From positions 1,431-65,430 of the forward strand of contig DASVVX010000006.1 in assembly GCA_036386295.1 (NCBI GenBank): DNA of 64,000 nt. The letters are read 5' to 3'. Origin of the DNA: Allosphingosinicella sp. GTDB taxonomy: Bacteria; Pseudomonadota; Alphaproteobacteria; Sphingomonadales; Sphingomonadaceae. The position numbers were made by a program, and so were the translations under genes. Positions 1 through 9,615 of this stretch are shown piece by piece; position 1 is the first letter of the stretch, and the number at the start of each line of letters is the position of its first letter. The notes below the pieces were generated by a model that was given only the letters and a program-made list of their open reading frames with translations, had not been told where the DNA came from and made no database searches.

Positions 1-13
1 CTATGAGAGCGCC

Positions 14-679
14 ATGCTGCCCGCCCCGCTCGCGTCGATCGACTGCTGGATCTTCGACCTCGACAACAGCCTCTATCCCGCCTCGGCCAACCTGTTCGAG
101 CTGATCGACCTGCGCATGGGCGAGTATATCGCCAAACGCCTGGGATGCACCCCTGCGGAAGCCCGTATCGTCCAGAAGGGTTTCTTCCGGGATCACGGGA
201 CAACCCTCGCCGGCCTGATGAAGGAGCATGGAGTCGAGCCGCGCGACTTCCTCGACTATGTCCACGACATCGACATGGCCCGGCTCACCGCCGACCCGCG
301 CGTGGTCGCGGCGCTCGACCGGCTGCCGGGCCGCAAGTTCGTCTTCACCAACGGCGACGAGGCCTATGCCCGGCGCGTGCTCGACCGGCTCGGCCTCGCC
401 AACGCCTTCGACGCCGTCCACGACATCCACGCCATGGACTATGTCCCAAAGCCCGATCCGCGGGCTTATGCGGCGATGTGCGAGCGGCTCGACATCGCGC
501 CGGAACGGGCCCTGTTCGCCGAGGACATGGCGCGCAACCTCGTCCCCGCCAAGAAGCTCGGGATGACGACCGTCTGGGTCGACAACGGCTCCGAGCAGGC
601 GAGCCACGACGCCGATCCCGCCTTTATCGACTATCGCATCGCCGATATCGGCGACTGGCTCGAGGAGATCACTTCATGA
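14..679 (+). CDS. HAD-family pyrimidine 5'-nucleotidase
   Basis: [13 protein letters not shown] motif I, FTNG, PKP and ED motifs; usual neighbour of dapD. Confidence 0.85.
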   Translation: MLPAPLASIDCWIFDLDNSLYPASANLFELIDLRMGEYIAKRLGCTPAEARIVQKGFFRDHGTTLAGLMKEHGVEPRDFLDYVHDIDMARLTADPRVVAALDRLPGRKFVFTNGDEAYARRVLDRLGLANAFDAVHDIHAMDYVPKPDPRAYAAMCERLDIAPERALFAEDMARNLVPAKKLGMTTVWVDNGSEQASHDADPAFIDYRIADIGDWLEEITS

Positions 680-1509
680 CCGAGGACCTGCGCCGCACGA
701 TCGAGGATGCGTGGGAGCGGCGCGACTCGCTGTCCGGCGACGAAGCCGGCCTCAGGTCGGCGGTCGAGGATGCGATCATGCTGCTCGATTCGGGCGAGGC
801 GAGGGTCGCCGAGCCGGGCGCGCCGGAAGCGGGTGGCGGCTGGACCGTCAATCAATGGCTGAAGAAGGCTGTCCTCCTCTCCTTCCGACTCGCTCCGATG
901 GAGGCGATACCGGGCGGCCCGGGCGGCGCCCATTGGTGGGACAAGGTGCCGTCCAAGTTCGACGGCTGGGGGCCGAACCGATTCGCCGGGGCCGGCTTCC
1001 GGGCCGTTCCGGGCGCGATCGTCCGCCGCGGCGCCTTCATCGGCAAAGGCGCGGTGCTGATGCCGAGCTTCGTCAACATCGGCGCCTTCGTCGGCGAGGG
1101 AACGATGGTCGACACCTGGGCGACGGTGGGCAGCTGCGCCCAGATCGGCCGCAACGTCCACATCTCCGGCGGCACCGGCATCGGCGGAGTGCTCGAGCCG
1201 CTCCAGGCCGGGCCGGTGATAATCGAAGACGATTGCTTCATCGGCGCGCGCTCCGAGGTCGCCGAGGGCGTGATCGTCGAGCAGGGCGCCGTCCTCTCGA
1301 TGGGCGTCTTCCTCGGCGCCTCGACCAGGATCGTCGACCGGGCCAGCGGCGAGATTCACATGGGCCGCGTCCCCGCTTATTCGGTCGTCGTCCCAGGCAC
1401 CCTCCCCGGCAAGGACGGCGGCCCGGGCCTCGCCTGCGCCGTCATCGTCAAGCGGGTCGACGCGCGCACCCGCTCCAAGACCAGCATCAACGAGCTGCTC
1501 CGGGACTGA
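676..1509 (+). CDS. dapD: Tetrahydrodipicolinate N-succinyltransferase
   Basis: [19 protein letters not shown], hexapeptide repeats, [11 protein letters not shown] end; ATG 676 overlaps upstream TGA. Confidence 0.97.
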   Translation: MTEDLRRTIEDAWERRDSLSGDEAGLRSAVEDAIMLLDSGEARVAEPGAPEAGGGWTVNQWLKKAVLLSFRLAPMEAIPGGPGGAHWWDKVPSKFDGWGPNRFAGAGFRAVPGAIVRRGAFIGKGAVLMPSFVNIGAFVGEGTMVDTWATVGSCAQIGRNVHISGGTGIGGVLEPLQAGPVIIEDDCFIGARSEVAEGVIVEQGAVLSMGVFLGASTRIVDRASGEIHMGRVPAYSVVVPGTLPGKDGGPGLACAVIVKRVDARTRSKTSINELLRD

Positions 1510-1518
1510 GGCCCCAAA

Positions 1519-1672
1519 TCCTCGCCGAGATTCTCGGGGAGGGGGGACCGCGGCCCCTCTCCCTTCAGGGGAGAGGGAGGGGACCAAGCGAAGCTTGGGA
1601 GGGTGAGGGCAAGCCTTGCTCCCTCACCCTGGTCGCTTCGCGACCTTTCCCTCTCCCCTTGAGGGAGAGGGG
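1519..1672. repeat. Composite CCCTC-type palindromic element (family D): a half element plus a full element
   Basis: cccctctccc-ttca-ggggagaggg ... ccctctcccc-ttga-gggagagggg terminal hairpins; the 1519-1551 half resembles the end of the 20539 element. Confidence 0.85.
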
Positions 1673-1684
1673 GGCGTGGGCCCG

Positions 1685-2251
1685 CTACTTGCGCCCTGAC
1701 CCTTCCTTGAGCAGCAATGCCGTCCGGCCGCTGTCCCAATCCTCCATCCCGACTACCCGCCAGACCTCCCGCCCGTCCGAATCGTAGAGGATGGTGGTCG
1801 GCAGCGTGTCGACCTTGAGCTCGCCCATCAGCGCCATCTGCGGGTCGAGCCAGGTCTCGAGGTTGCGATAGCCCTGCCTCGCGAAGAAGGCCTCGACCTT
1901 CCTGCGCCCGTCCAAATCCTGGCTGATCGTCACCACCCGAAGCCGGTCCTTCTCGCGCCCGGCGAGGGCGTCGAGGGTCGGCATTTCGGCGATGCAGGGC
2001 GCGCACCAGGTCGCCCACAGATTGACCAGCAGCGGACGCCCGCGGAAGTCGGCGAGGCTCGCCGGCGCTCCGTCCGGATCCTCGAAGGCCGTCGCCGGCG
2101 CCTCGCCGCCCGCATGCGAGCGGTCGAGCCTTCCGGTCGGCTCCGGCGCCTTCGGGCCCGCCCAGGACGGCTGGTCCGGGCCGGATCGATTCTCCTGCGC
2201 GCCCGGTCCGCAGGCGGCGAGCAGGAGGGGCAGGAGCAGGATCGGCCGCAT
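1685..2251 (-). CDS. TlpA-family thiol-disulfide oxidoreductase lipoprotein
   Basis: LLAAC lipobox; NLWATWCAPC motif. Confidence 0.92.
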   Translation of the reverse strand: MRPILLLPLLLAACGPGAQENRSGPDQPSWAGPKAPEPTGRLDRSHAGGEAPATAFEDPDGAPASLADFRGRPLLVNLWATWCAPCIAEMPTLDALAGREKDRLRVVTISQDLDGRRKVEAFFARQGYRNLETWLDPQMALMGELKVDTLPTTILYDSDGREVWRVVGMEDWDSGRTALLLKEGSGRK

Positions 2252-2294
2252 CGCCGCCGCCTAGGTCGGACGGGCTTCGCCGGCAACCCACGGC

Positions 2295-2378
2295 CGTCAT
2301 GCTGAACTTGTTTCAGCATCCAGGGCGGAGCCGCCTCGCCGATGGAGACCTGCACCCTGAAACAAGTTCAGGGTGACG
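2295..2378. repeat. CGTC-tagged palindromic element (family C)
   Basis: cgtcatgctgaacttgtttcagcat ... accctgaaacaagttcagggtgacg; second copy at 63046. Confidence 0.9.
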
Positions 2379-2425
2379 TTGGAGGTGACTCGGCGCGCCC
2401 GCTTCGGCTATGGCGGCGCGGTCTC

Positions 2426-2665
2426 ATGCGCCTCTTCCTCCTCCTTCCCGGCCTCGCCCTCACCGCCGCCTGCGGCAATATGGAGCCGCTTCAGCCGAAG
2501 ACCGGCCAGGCGATGCCGCCCAAGCCGGCCCTCGCGGTCCGGGCGCCGACCACCGAGGAGCTGCTCACCCCGCCGGCCCACGCCCGCCCCGCCCGCCAGG
2601 ACGACGGCCTTCGCCGCTCGGAGGAGCGTGAGGACGACCCGTTCGACCTTCCCCCCACCGGCTGA
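2426..2665 (+). CDS. Small proline-rich lipoprotein
   Basis: LALTAACG lipobox; EER.DDPFDLPP tail. Confidence 0.8.
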   Translation: MRLFLLLPGLALTAACGNMEPLQPKTGQAMPPKPALAVRAPTTEELLTPPAHARPARQDDGLRRSEEREDDPFDLPPTG

Positions 2666-2701
2666 CCCGCCGGCCCGCCGCCCCAGATCCCGGAGAGAGA
2701 G

Positions 2702-3562
2702 TTGAAGAAAGTCAGAAAGGCGGTCTTCCCCGTCGCCGGCCTCGGCACGCGCTTCCTGCCCGCCACCAAGGCGGTGCCCAAGGAAATGCTGACCGTCGTC
2801 GACCGGCCGCTCATCCAATATGCGGTGGAGGAGGCGCTCGAGGCCGGGATCGAGCAGATGATCTTCGTCACCGGCCGCGGCAAGACCGCGCTCGAGGACC
2901 ATTTCGACATCGCCTTCGAGCTCGAGGCGACGCTTCGGGCCCGCGGCAGGTCGCTCGACTCGCTGGCCGGGACCCGGCTCCCGCCCGGAGCGGTCGTCTC
3001 GGTGCGTCAGCAGGAGCCGCTCGGCCTCGGCCACGCCGTCTGGTGCGCGCGCGACATCGTCGGCGACGAGCCGTTCGCCGTCTTCCTCCCCGACGAGGTC
3101 ATGGTCGGGAAGCCCAACTGCACCCGCCAGCTGGTCGACGCCTACGAGCGGGTCGGCGGCAACGTCGTCGCCATGCTCGAGGTGCCGCCGGAGGAGACCC
3201 ACAAATATGGCGTCGTCCGCCCCGGCGAGACTCGGGGCAACCTCACCGAGATCCTCGGCCTGGTCGAGAAGCCCGAGCCCGGCACCGCCCCGTCCAACCT
3301 GATGCTTCCCGGCCGCTACGTGCTCCAGCCCGAGGTGATGAAGGTGCTGGGCGACATCCCGAGGGGCGCCGGGGGCGAGATCCAGCTGACCGACGCCCTG
3401 GCCGCCCTGATCGGCACCCAGAGCTTCCACGGCCTGGTTTTCGACGGCGAGCGCCACGATTGCGGCCACAAGCTCGGCTTCGTCCTCGCCAATCTCGCCC
3501 TCGGCCTCAAGCAGGACGATATCGCGCCCGCGATCCGCGCCTTCCTGGCGGCGCAGGGGTGA
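2702..3562 (+). CDS. galU: UTP-glucose-1-phosphate uridylyltransferase
   Basis: KAVFPVAGLGTRFLPATKAVPKEML, LVEKP and GEIQLTDA motifs; TTG start. Confidence 0.96.
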   Translation: MKKVRKAVFPVAGLGTRFLPATKAVPKEMLTVVDRPLIQYAVEEALEAGIEQMIFVTGRGKTALEDHFDIAFELEATLRARGRSLDSLAGTRLPPGAVVSVRQQEPLGLGHAVWCARDIVGDEPFAVFLPDEVMVGKPNCTRQLVDAYERVGGNVVAMLEVPPEETHKYGVVRPGETRGNLTEILGLVEKPEPGTAPSNLMLPGRYVLQPEVMKVLGDIPRGAGGEIQLTDALAALIGTQSFHGLVFDGERHDCGHKLGFVLANLALGLKQDDIAPAIRAFLAAQG

Positions 3563-4512
3563 GCTGCACCGCGATCCTCGTCGGCGACGGCCCCATCCGA
3601 GGAGTCACCGCCGAGGAAGCGGCCGCCTATTCGGGCCCCGGCTTCGTCTGGATCCACCTCGAGAGCAACGACCCGAAGGAGCGCTCTGCCTTTCTCGGTC
3701 CGGACATACCGGACGTCGCCGCCAACGCGCTGATCGCGACCGAGACCCGGCCGCGCTGCGACCGGATCGAGGACGGGGCGATCGTCAACCTGCGCGGCCC
3801 GGCCGTTGCCGGAGTCGAGGAAACCGACCGGCTGCTGTCGATCCGGATGTTCGTCCGGCGCGCCAAGGTCAATTCGGTGACCCGCTTCCCGCTCGCGGCC
3901 ACCGAGAAGGTCGTCGAGCAGATGAGGGCCGGGCAGATCCTCGATCCGGGCGATCTCGTCGCCGCCTTCGCCCGGACGATCAGCAAGCAGCTCGATCCGC
4001 AGGTCGCCGCGCTCGGCGACCTGCTCGACGAGTGCGAGACCGAACTGGAGCCGCGGAATGTCTGGCGCCTGCGCAGCGTCATCGCCAAAACGCGCTCGGA
4101 GGCGATCGCCTACCGCCGTTTCGTCGCTCCCGACCGCGACGCCCTGCTCACCCTCGCCCAGCTCGATTTCGAATGGCTGGCCGACGAGGACCGGCTCCAC
4201 ATCCGCGAGGCGGCCGACCGGTTCGCCCGGATGGCCGAGGAACTCGAGGCCGTCCGCGAGCGCGCGGCCCTGCTTCACGAGCAGATCACCGACATGCGCT
4301 CCGAGCAGATCGACCAGAGATCGCTCTACATCTCGGTCGTCGCCTTCATCTTCCTGCCCCTCACCTTCATCACCGGCCTTCTCGGTATGAATGTGGAGGG
4401 CATCCCCTACGCCCACACCCAATGGGCCTTCTGGGGCGTGGTCGGCTTCTGCGTGCTCGTCGGCGCGCTCGTCCTCGGCTGGTTCCGCTACCGCCACTGG
4501 CTGAGGCGCTGA
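3559..4512 (+). CDS. zntB: ZntB/CorA-family metal transporter
   Basis: ETRPR motif, FLPLTFITGLLGMN signature, two C-terminal TM helices; GTG overlaps galU stop. Confidence 0.85.
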   Translation: MSCTAILVGDGPIRGVTAEEAAAYSGPGFVWIHLESNDPKERSAFLGPDIPDVAANALIATETRPRCDRIEDGAIVNLRGPAVAGVEETDRLLSIRMFVRRAKVNSVTRFPLAATEKVVEQMRAGQILDPGDLVAAFARTISKQLDPQVAALGDLLDECETELEPRNVWRLRSVIAKTRSEAIAYRRFVAPDRDALLTLAQLDFEWLADEDRLHIREAADRFARMAEELEAVRERAALLHEQITDMRSEQIDQRSLYISVVAFIFLPLTFITGLLGMNVEGIPYAHTQWAFWGVVGFCVLVGALVLGWFRYRHWLRR

Positions 4513-4525
4513 TCGGGGAGAAAGC

Positions 4526-4616
4526 CGTCATCCCGGCGAAAGCCGGGACCCAGGAACATCGCGGCATGAAGCTGAAACCCGGGTGTTCCTGGGTTCCGGC
4601 TTTCGCCGGAATGACG
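4526..4616. repeat. CGTC-tagged palindromic element (family A)
   Basis: cgtcatcccggcgaaagccgggacccaggaaca ... tgttcctgggttccggctttcgccggaatgacg, between convergent genes. Confidence 0.93.
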
Positions 4617-4617
4617 A

Positions 4618-5040
4618 TCAGCTCCTGAAACTTTCCCTGAGCGCCATCATCGCGATCGCGGCCTTGGCCGCCTCGCCGCCCTTGTCCTTCTCCCCGGGCC
4701 GCGCCCGGGCGAGGGCCTGGGCCTCGTCCTCGACGGTCAATATGCCGTTGCCGATAGCGAGACCGTCCAGGGTCAGGGCCATGATCCCGCGCGCGCTTTC
4801 GCCGGCGACGATCTCGAAATGATAGGTCTCGCCGCGGATCACGACTCCGAGCGCGACGAAGCCGTCGTAACGCCCGGTCTCCGCCGCGAGCGCGATCGCC
4901 GCCGGCACCTCGAGCGCGCCGGGCACGGTCACCGTATCATGCTCGTGCCCGGCCGCCTCGATCGCCGCCCGCGCTCCGGCCAGGAGCAGGTCGTTGAGAT
5001 GGTCGTAGAAGCGCGCCTCGACGATCAGCATCCGGGCCAT
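4618..5040 (-). CDS. ribH: 6,7-dimethyl-8-ribityllumazine synthase
   Basis: [19 protein letters not shown] and DKGGEAA motifs. Confidence 0.96.
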   Translation of the reverse strand: MARMLIVEARFYDHLNDLLLAGARAAIEAAGHEHDTVTVPGALEVPAAIALAAETGRYDGFVALGVVIRGETYHFEIVAGESARGIMALTLDGLAIGNGILTVEDEAQALARARPGEKDKGGEAAKAAIAMMALRESFRS

Positions 5041-5041
5041 C

Positions 5042-6151
5042 TCAATCCTCCAGCGGGATCGGCCGCTCGCCGACGATGGTGAGGCCGTAGCCGCCGAGCG
5101 CGACCGGCGTATGATGGGTGTTGGTCAGGAGCACCATGTCGTGGACGCCCAGCGCCGACAGGATCTGGGCTCCGCCGCCATAGTCGCGAAGCTCCTCGGG
5201 GCCCCTAGCCGCCTTGCCGGAACGCAGGTTCAGCGCCGCCGACAAGGCGTCCGGCATGGCTCGGTTGAGGACCACGATGACCCCGCTGCCCTCCTCGCCG
5301 ATGATCTTCATCGCGCCGCGGAGCATTCCGCCCCGGCCGCTCTCCTCGCCGAACGCGTCGGAGAAGAGGCTGAGCTGGTGCATCCTCACCAGTGTCGGCT
5401 TCGACGGGTCGATCTCGCCCTTGACCAGCGCCACCTGCTCGGTGCCCGTCGCCTTGTTGAGGAAGCTCCTGGCGGTCCAGCTTCCGCCCCAGCGGCTCTC
5501 GAAGCTCGCCTCCCCCGTCTGCTCGACGAGATGGTCCTTCTTCAGCCGGTAGGCGATGAGGTCGCGGATCGTCCCGATCCTGAGGCCGTGCAGCTGGGCG
5601 AAGGCGACGAGGTCGTCCATCCGCGCCATCGTCCCGTCCTCCCGCATGATCTCGCAGATCACTCCGGAGGGATTGAGCCCCGCGAGCCTGGCGACGTCGA
5701 CCGCCGCCTCGGTATGGCCGGCCCGGATCAGGACTCCGCCGTCGCGCGCGACCAGCGGGAAGATGTGGCCGGGCGTGCAGATGTCGTCGCGACCCTTCGA
5801 CGCGTCGATCGCCACCGACACTGTCCGCGCCCGGTCGGCGGCGGAAATGCCTGTGGTCACGCCCTCCTTCGCCTCGATCGAGGTCGTGAAGGCGGTCTCG
5901 TGCCGGGTTCCGTTGTTGCGGCTCATCAGCTCGAGGCCGAGCGTCTCGACCCGCTGGCGGGTCAGCGCCAGGCAGATCAGGCCGCGGCCATGCTTGGCCA
6001 TGAAGTTGATCGCGTCGGGAGTCGCCATCTGGGCCGGGATGACGAGGTCGCCCTCGTTCTCGCGATCCTCGTCGTCGACGAGGATGAACATGCGGCCGTT
6101 GCGCGCCTCGTCGATCAGCTCTTCGGGCGAGGACAGGAAGCCGCGTTCCAT
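5042..6151 (-). CDS. ribB: DHBP synthase fused to a degenerate GTP cyclohydrolase II-like domain (RibBX type)
   Basis: [17 protein letters not shown] and CEIM motifs; the C-terminal domain lacks the zinc-binding cysteines ([10 protein letters not shown]). Confidence 0.93.
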   Translation of the reverse strand: MERGFLSSPEELIDEARNGRMFILVDDEDRENEGDLVIPAQMATPDAINFMAKHGRGLICLALTRQRVETLGLELMSRNNGTRHETAFTTSIEAKEGVTTGISAADRARTVSVAIDASKGRDDICTPGHIFPLVARDGGVLIRAGHTEAAVDVARLAGLNPSGVICEIMREDGTMARMDDLVAFAQLHGLRIGTIRDLIAYRLKKDHLVEQTGEASFESRWGGSWTARSFLNKATGTEQVALVKGEIDPSKPTLVRMHQLSLFSDAFGEESGRGGMLRGAMKIIGEEGSGVIVVLNRAMPDALSAALNLRSGKAARGPEELRDYGGGAQILSALGVHDMVLLTNTHHTPVALGGYGLTIVGERPIPLED

Positions 6152-6753
6152 CAGCGCCTCAGCTCGAGCATCCGGCCGATGTAGCGGGCGAGGATGTCGA
6201 TCTCGACATTGACCGTCCGGCCCGCCTCCAGCCGGGCGAAGCTCGTCTGCTCGGCGGTATGGGGGATGATGTTGACGGCGAAGCGCACGCCGTCCGTCAC
6301 CGGCTCGACCTCGTTCACCGTCAGCGACACGCCGTCGAGCGCGATCGAGCCCTTCGGCGCGATATAGCCCTCCAGCTCGGCCGGAGCGATCACGGTCAGC
6401 CGAACAGAGCCGCCGACCTCGACCGCCGCCTCGACCTCGCCGACCGCGTCGACGTGACCGGTGACGATATGGCCGCCGAGCTCGTCGCCAAGGCGAAGCG
6501 AGCGCTCGAGGTTGAGGCGGGCGCCCTCTCGCCACAGGCCGGCCGCGGTTCGCGAAACGGTCTCGCGGGACAGGTCGACCGCGAACCAGTCCGCGCCCTT
6601 GTCGACGACGGTGAGGCAGACTCCGGAACAGGCGATCGACGCGCCGAGGTCGACTCCCGCCATGTCGTAGCCGCAGGCGATGCGCAGCCGCAGGTCGCCT
6701 CGCTCCTCCGCCGCGACGACGCGGCCGACGTCGGTGATGATCCCTGTGAACAA
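6151..6753 (-). CDS. ribE: Riboflavin synthase
   Basis: MFTGII N-terminus, GGHIVTGHVD; TTG start. Confidence 0.96.
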   Translation of the reverse strand: MFTGIITDVGRVVAAEERGDLRLRIACGYDMAGVDLGASIACSGVCLTVVDKGADWFAVDLSRETVSRTAAGLWREGARLNLERSLRLGDELGGHIVTGHVDAVGEVEAAVEVGGSVRLTVIAPAELEGYIAPKGSIALDGVSLTVNEVEPVTDGVRFAVNIIPHTAEQTSFARLEAGRTVNVEIDILARYIGRMLELRR

Positions 6754-6757
6754 TGTC

Positions 6758-6890
6758 CGTCCTTCGATACGGGTCTTCGCCTTCGCTCAGCCCCTACTCA
6801 GGATGAGCGGTCGGATTCCAGTCCTTCCGCTCATCCTGAGTAGCCGGTGAGCCTGGCGAACCGGCGTATCGAAGGACGTATCGAAGGACG
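6758..6890. repeat. CGTC-tagged palindromic element (family E) with a 12-bp terminal tandem duplication
   Basis: cgtccttcgatacg...ctactcaggatgagcgg / ccgctcatcctgagtag...cgtatcgaaggacg, followed by a repeated tatcgaaggacg. Confidence 0.9.
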
Positions 6891-6899
6891 TTCGGAGGT

Positions 6900-7868
6900 C
6901 TATGTGTCGCGCTCGTAGACTTCGAGCCGGTCGATGCCAAGCATCCGGCTGTCGGCGAGGGCCCAGCGCCGATGCGCGTCGGCGAGATCGGTGAGGCCGA
7001 TGTAGCCGACCGACGATTTGCCGTCGCCGATCAGGATCGGCGCCCGGTAGATCAGCATACGGTCGACGAGATCGGCCGCGAGGAACGCGGAGGCGGTCGC
7101 CGAGCCGCCCTCGACGAGCAGGTCGTTGACGTCGCCGAGGCCGGATACCTCCTCGGGCGAGCCCAGCCGGGTCCAGCCCTCGACCGCCTCGCCGCGGGTC
7201 AGCAGGGCGCGGCGCGGCGAGCGGTCTTCCAGGCCGGGCAGCCGCACGTCGAGCATCGGGCGGTCGCGCTCGTAGGTCCCTCGTCCGACCAGGATCATGT
7301 CCGAGCGCGCGCGTTCGAGATGGACGTGGGCCCGCGCGTCCTCGCCGGTGATCCAGCGGCTCTCGCCGGAGGGCAAGGCGATCTTGCCGTCGAGCGACAT
7401 GGCGAGCTTGAGCGTGACGAAGGGACGGCCGAGCCGCACCCGGGTCAGGAAGCCCGCCATGGATCGCTCGGCCTCCTTCGCGCCGGGGCCCGTGGCGACG
7501 TCGATTCCGGCCGCTCGGAGCCGCTCGAAGCCGCCGCCGGCGATGCGCGGATCCGGGTCCGTCAGCGCCGCGACCACGCGCGCCACCCCTGCCTCGACGA
7601 GCAGGCCGGCGCAGGCGGGGCCTCGGTCGCTGAGGTGGCAGCATGGCTCGAGGGTGACGTATACGGTCGCGCCGCGCGCCGACTCGCCCGCCTCCGCGAG
7701 CGCCATCGCCTCGGCGTGGGGCCGCCCGCCCGGCTGGGTCCAGCCGCGGCCGACGACGGTCCCGTCCCGGACGATCACGCAGCCGACATTGGGATTGGGG
7801 GCGGTGGTGCCGCGGCCGCGCTCGCCCAGCGCGACCGCGGCGCCCATGAAACGGTCGTCCGCGGTCAA
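6900..7868 (-). CDS. ribD: Bifunctional riboflavin deaminase/reductase
   Basis: PNPNVGC, HAE, TLEPC, SLDGK and LLVEGG motifs; TTG 7868 overlaps upstream stop (ATG near 7847 is an alternative). Confidence 0.96.
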   Translation of the reverse strand: MTADDRFMGAAVALGERGRGTTAPNPNVGCVIVRDGTVVGRGWTQPGGRPHAEAMALAEAGESARGATVYVTLEPCCHLSDRGPACAGLLVEAGVARVVAALTDPDPRIAGGGFERLRAAGIDVATGPGAKEAERSMAGFLTRVRLGRPFVTLKLAMSLDGKIALPSGESRWITGEDARAHVHLERARSDMILVGRGTYERDRPMLDVRLPGLEDRSPRRALLTRGEAVEGWTRLGSPEEVSGLGDVNDLLVEGGSATASAFLAADLVDRMLIYRAPILIGDGKSSVGYIGLTDLADAHRRWALADSRMLGIDRLEVYERDT

Positions 7869-8191
7869 ATGCCGAGGCGCTCGAGCCTTTCGTCGAGCCT
7901 CTTGAATTGCTCCTGCCGCTCCTTCTTGGCCTTGTCGCGCGCCGCCTGGTCGATCTTCTGCTCGGCCTTGATCTGCTCGTCGGTGCGGTCGGCGGGCCAG
8001 CTCTCGACGTAGATCAGCTGCGGCCCGGGCGCGATGTTGGTCCGGCCGTCGAGGTCGAAGATGAAGACGATGCCGAGCGGGATCGAAAGGGCGAGGGCGA
8101 GCGCGACCCAATGGTGCGGCCGCCGTTCGGAGGTGAAGGCGCGGATGTCGGCCCAGAGCGCGCGGGGGGAAGCGGGGCGGGGAAGCGGCAT
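7865..8191 (-). CDS. Small membrane-anchored hypothetical protein
   Basis: One TM helix and a charged C-terminal helix; host-like codons; stop coupled to ribD. Confidence 0.8.
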   Translation of the reverse strand: MPLPRPASPRALWADIRAFTSERRPHHWVALALALSIPLGIVFIFDLDGRTNIAPGPQLIYVESWPADRTDEQIKAEQKIDQAARDKAKKERQEQFKRLDERLERLGI

Positions 8192-8235
8192 CGCGCCAAG
8201 ATAGGCGTTCCGCCGCTCCCCCGCCAGCCCTGGCC

Positions 8236-8907
8236 CTAGTCGGGCAGGACCCAGCGGATCGCGCTGGTGACGCTGTCCGACGTCGGTTCGCCGGCGCTGT
8301 TACGCGCCGGGGTGAATTTGGCGCGCTGCTTCATCAGCCGGCAGGTAGCCGAATCGAGGGCTGACGACCCGCTCGAGCCGACGATCGAGCATTCGGTCAC
8401 CTGCCCGTTCGGACCGACCACGAGCCGGAAGCGGGTCGTCCCCTGCTCCTCGTTGCGCACCGCCGTCGTCGGATAATCCTCGTCCGAGACGTAAGACGCG
8501 AGGTTCGCCTTGGCCCGCGCGGGCTTCACCGTCCGGACCGGATCCGCCGGCGGCGCGATTTCGATCCGGGGCGCCGGCACCTCGGGCGGGTCGGCGATGA
8601 CGATCTCCTGCACGGGCGGAAGCGGCTTCAGGGTCACCTCAGCCGGCCGCGGCAGGATCTGCACGAGCGGGGGCGTGTGGGTGACCACCGTCTCCGGAGG
8701 AGTCTTCTTGACGACGGGTTCGACGGGCTCGGGGGGCGGCACCTTGTCCGGCTCGACGTTGAAGACCTTGGTCCTGGTGATCGCGTCGACGATCACCTCG
8801 CCCTTGGCCAGGGCCAGCGCGGTCAGCGCGGCGCCGTGCATGAGCACGACGATGGCCAGAGCGGCGGGATTGGCCTTTTTCTGCTGGGTGAATGCTCCTT
8901 CCATCAT
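8236..8907 (-). CDS. tonB: Energy transducer TonB family protein
   Basis: TM segment with conserved His, Pro-rich linker, DYP..A...EQG and SSGSSALD TonB_C motifs; GGAGAGAGG RBS. Confidence 0.9.
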   Translation of the reverse strand: MMEGAFTQQKKANPAALAIVVLMHGAALTALALAKGEVIVDAITRTKVFNVEPDKVPPPEPVEPVVKKTPPETVVTHTPPLVQILPRPAEVTLKPLPPVQEIVIADPPEVPAPRIEIAPPADPVRTVKPARAKANLASYVSDEDYPTTAVRNEEQGTTRFRLVVGPNGQVTECSIVGSSGSSALDSATCRLMKQRAKFTPARNSAGEPTSDSVTSAIRWVLPD

Positions 8908-8947
8908 GGCCTCTCTCCTGCTTCGGTCGCTTCTGCGACTCATGAGA

Positions 8948-8980
8948 CATTATCTCATAACATTATGTTACAATGTCACA
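8948..8980. promoter_or_regulatory. Tandem AT-rich palindromic operators, Zur-box-like, upstream of tonB
   Basis: TGTTAC-AAT-GTCACA (8966-8980) and CATTAT-CTC-ATAACA (8948-8962) resemble TGTTAT-N3-ATAACA. Confidence 0.55.
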
Positions 8981-9039
8981 CAAGTCTCAAAAGTTCCCCC
9001 TTCCGGAGCCGTCGGCGCCCTTTGCGGGTTGATGCGGCC

Positions 9040-9609
9040 ATGAAAGCCGGGCTGTTCGCCGCCTTGATCCCGCTCGCCGCCTGCACCGCGACGCCCGCTC
9101 CGGCGCCCGCCGAGCGAGCCGACGCCGCCGGCCTTGCCCTTGCCGCTCCGGCGCCGGACGGCGGCGCGGCGGCGGCCGAGCGCGAATTCGAGCGGGTTCG
9201 CGGCGAAGAGGCGGCGCGGCGGGTTCGCTCGGCGTCACAATCGGTGATGGCGGTTTTCCATCAGGGCCTGCCGAAGCCGATCACGCTGCCCGACGACCGG
9301 GTCGCCTATGCCGGCCCGTCCCTCAACGCCGTCATGCTCGAGGACGGCCGGTGGCTGGGCTGGAAGACGGGACGGCCGGAGCCGGTCCCCGCCGATGTCG
9401 CCGAGCGTCTCGAGTCGATCCTCGCCGATCCGGCCTTGTGGGGCGAGCCCGACGATTTCCCGCGCGGGAGCTGCACCGACGCCGGAAGCCTCCAGCTCGC
9501 CATCCGCCGCGACGGCCGCCTGAAGTCGAGCCGCCAGGACAATTGCGATTCGCGCGGGCTCGCCGGGAAGCTCGGCCGGATCGTCCTCGACGAACGGCTG
9601 GAACCGTAA
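9040..9609 (+). CDS. Hypothetical lipoprotein
   Basis: PLAAC lipobox; pair of C-terminal cysteines. Confidence 0.7.
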   Translation: MKAGLFAALIPLAACTATPAPAPAERADAAGLALAAPAPDGGAAAAEREFERVRGEEAARRVRSASQSVMAVFHQGLPKPITLPDDRVAYAGPSLNAVMLEDGRWLGWKTGRPEPVPADVAERLESILADPALWGEPDDFPRGSCTDAGSLQLAIRRDGRLKSSRQDNCDSRGLAGKLGRIVLDERLEP

Positions 9610-9615
9610 GGCGCG

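Noticed and set aside
6754-6899. FMN riboswitch in the rib cluster
   Set aside because: Lacks the AGGGCGGGGTGAAATTCCCCACCGGCGG core; fully explained as a family E repeat.
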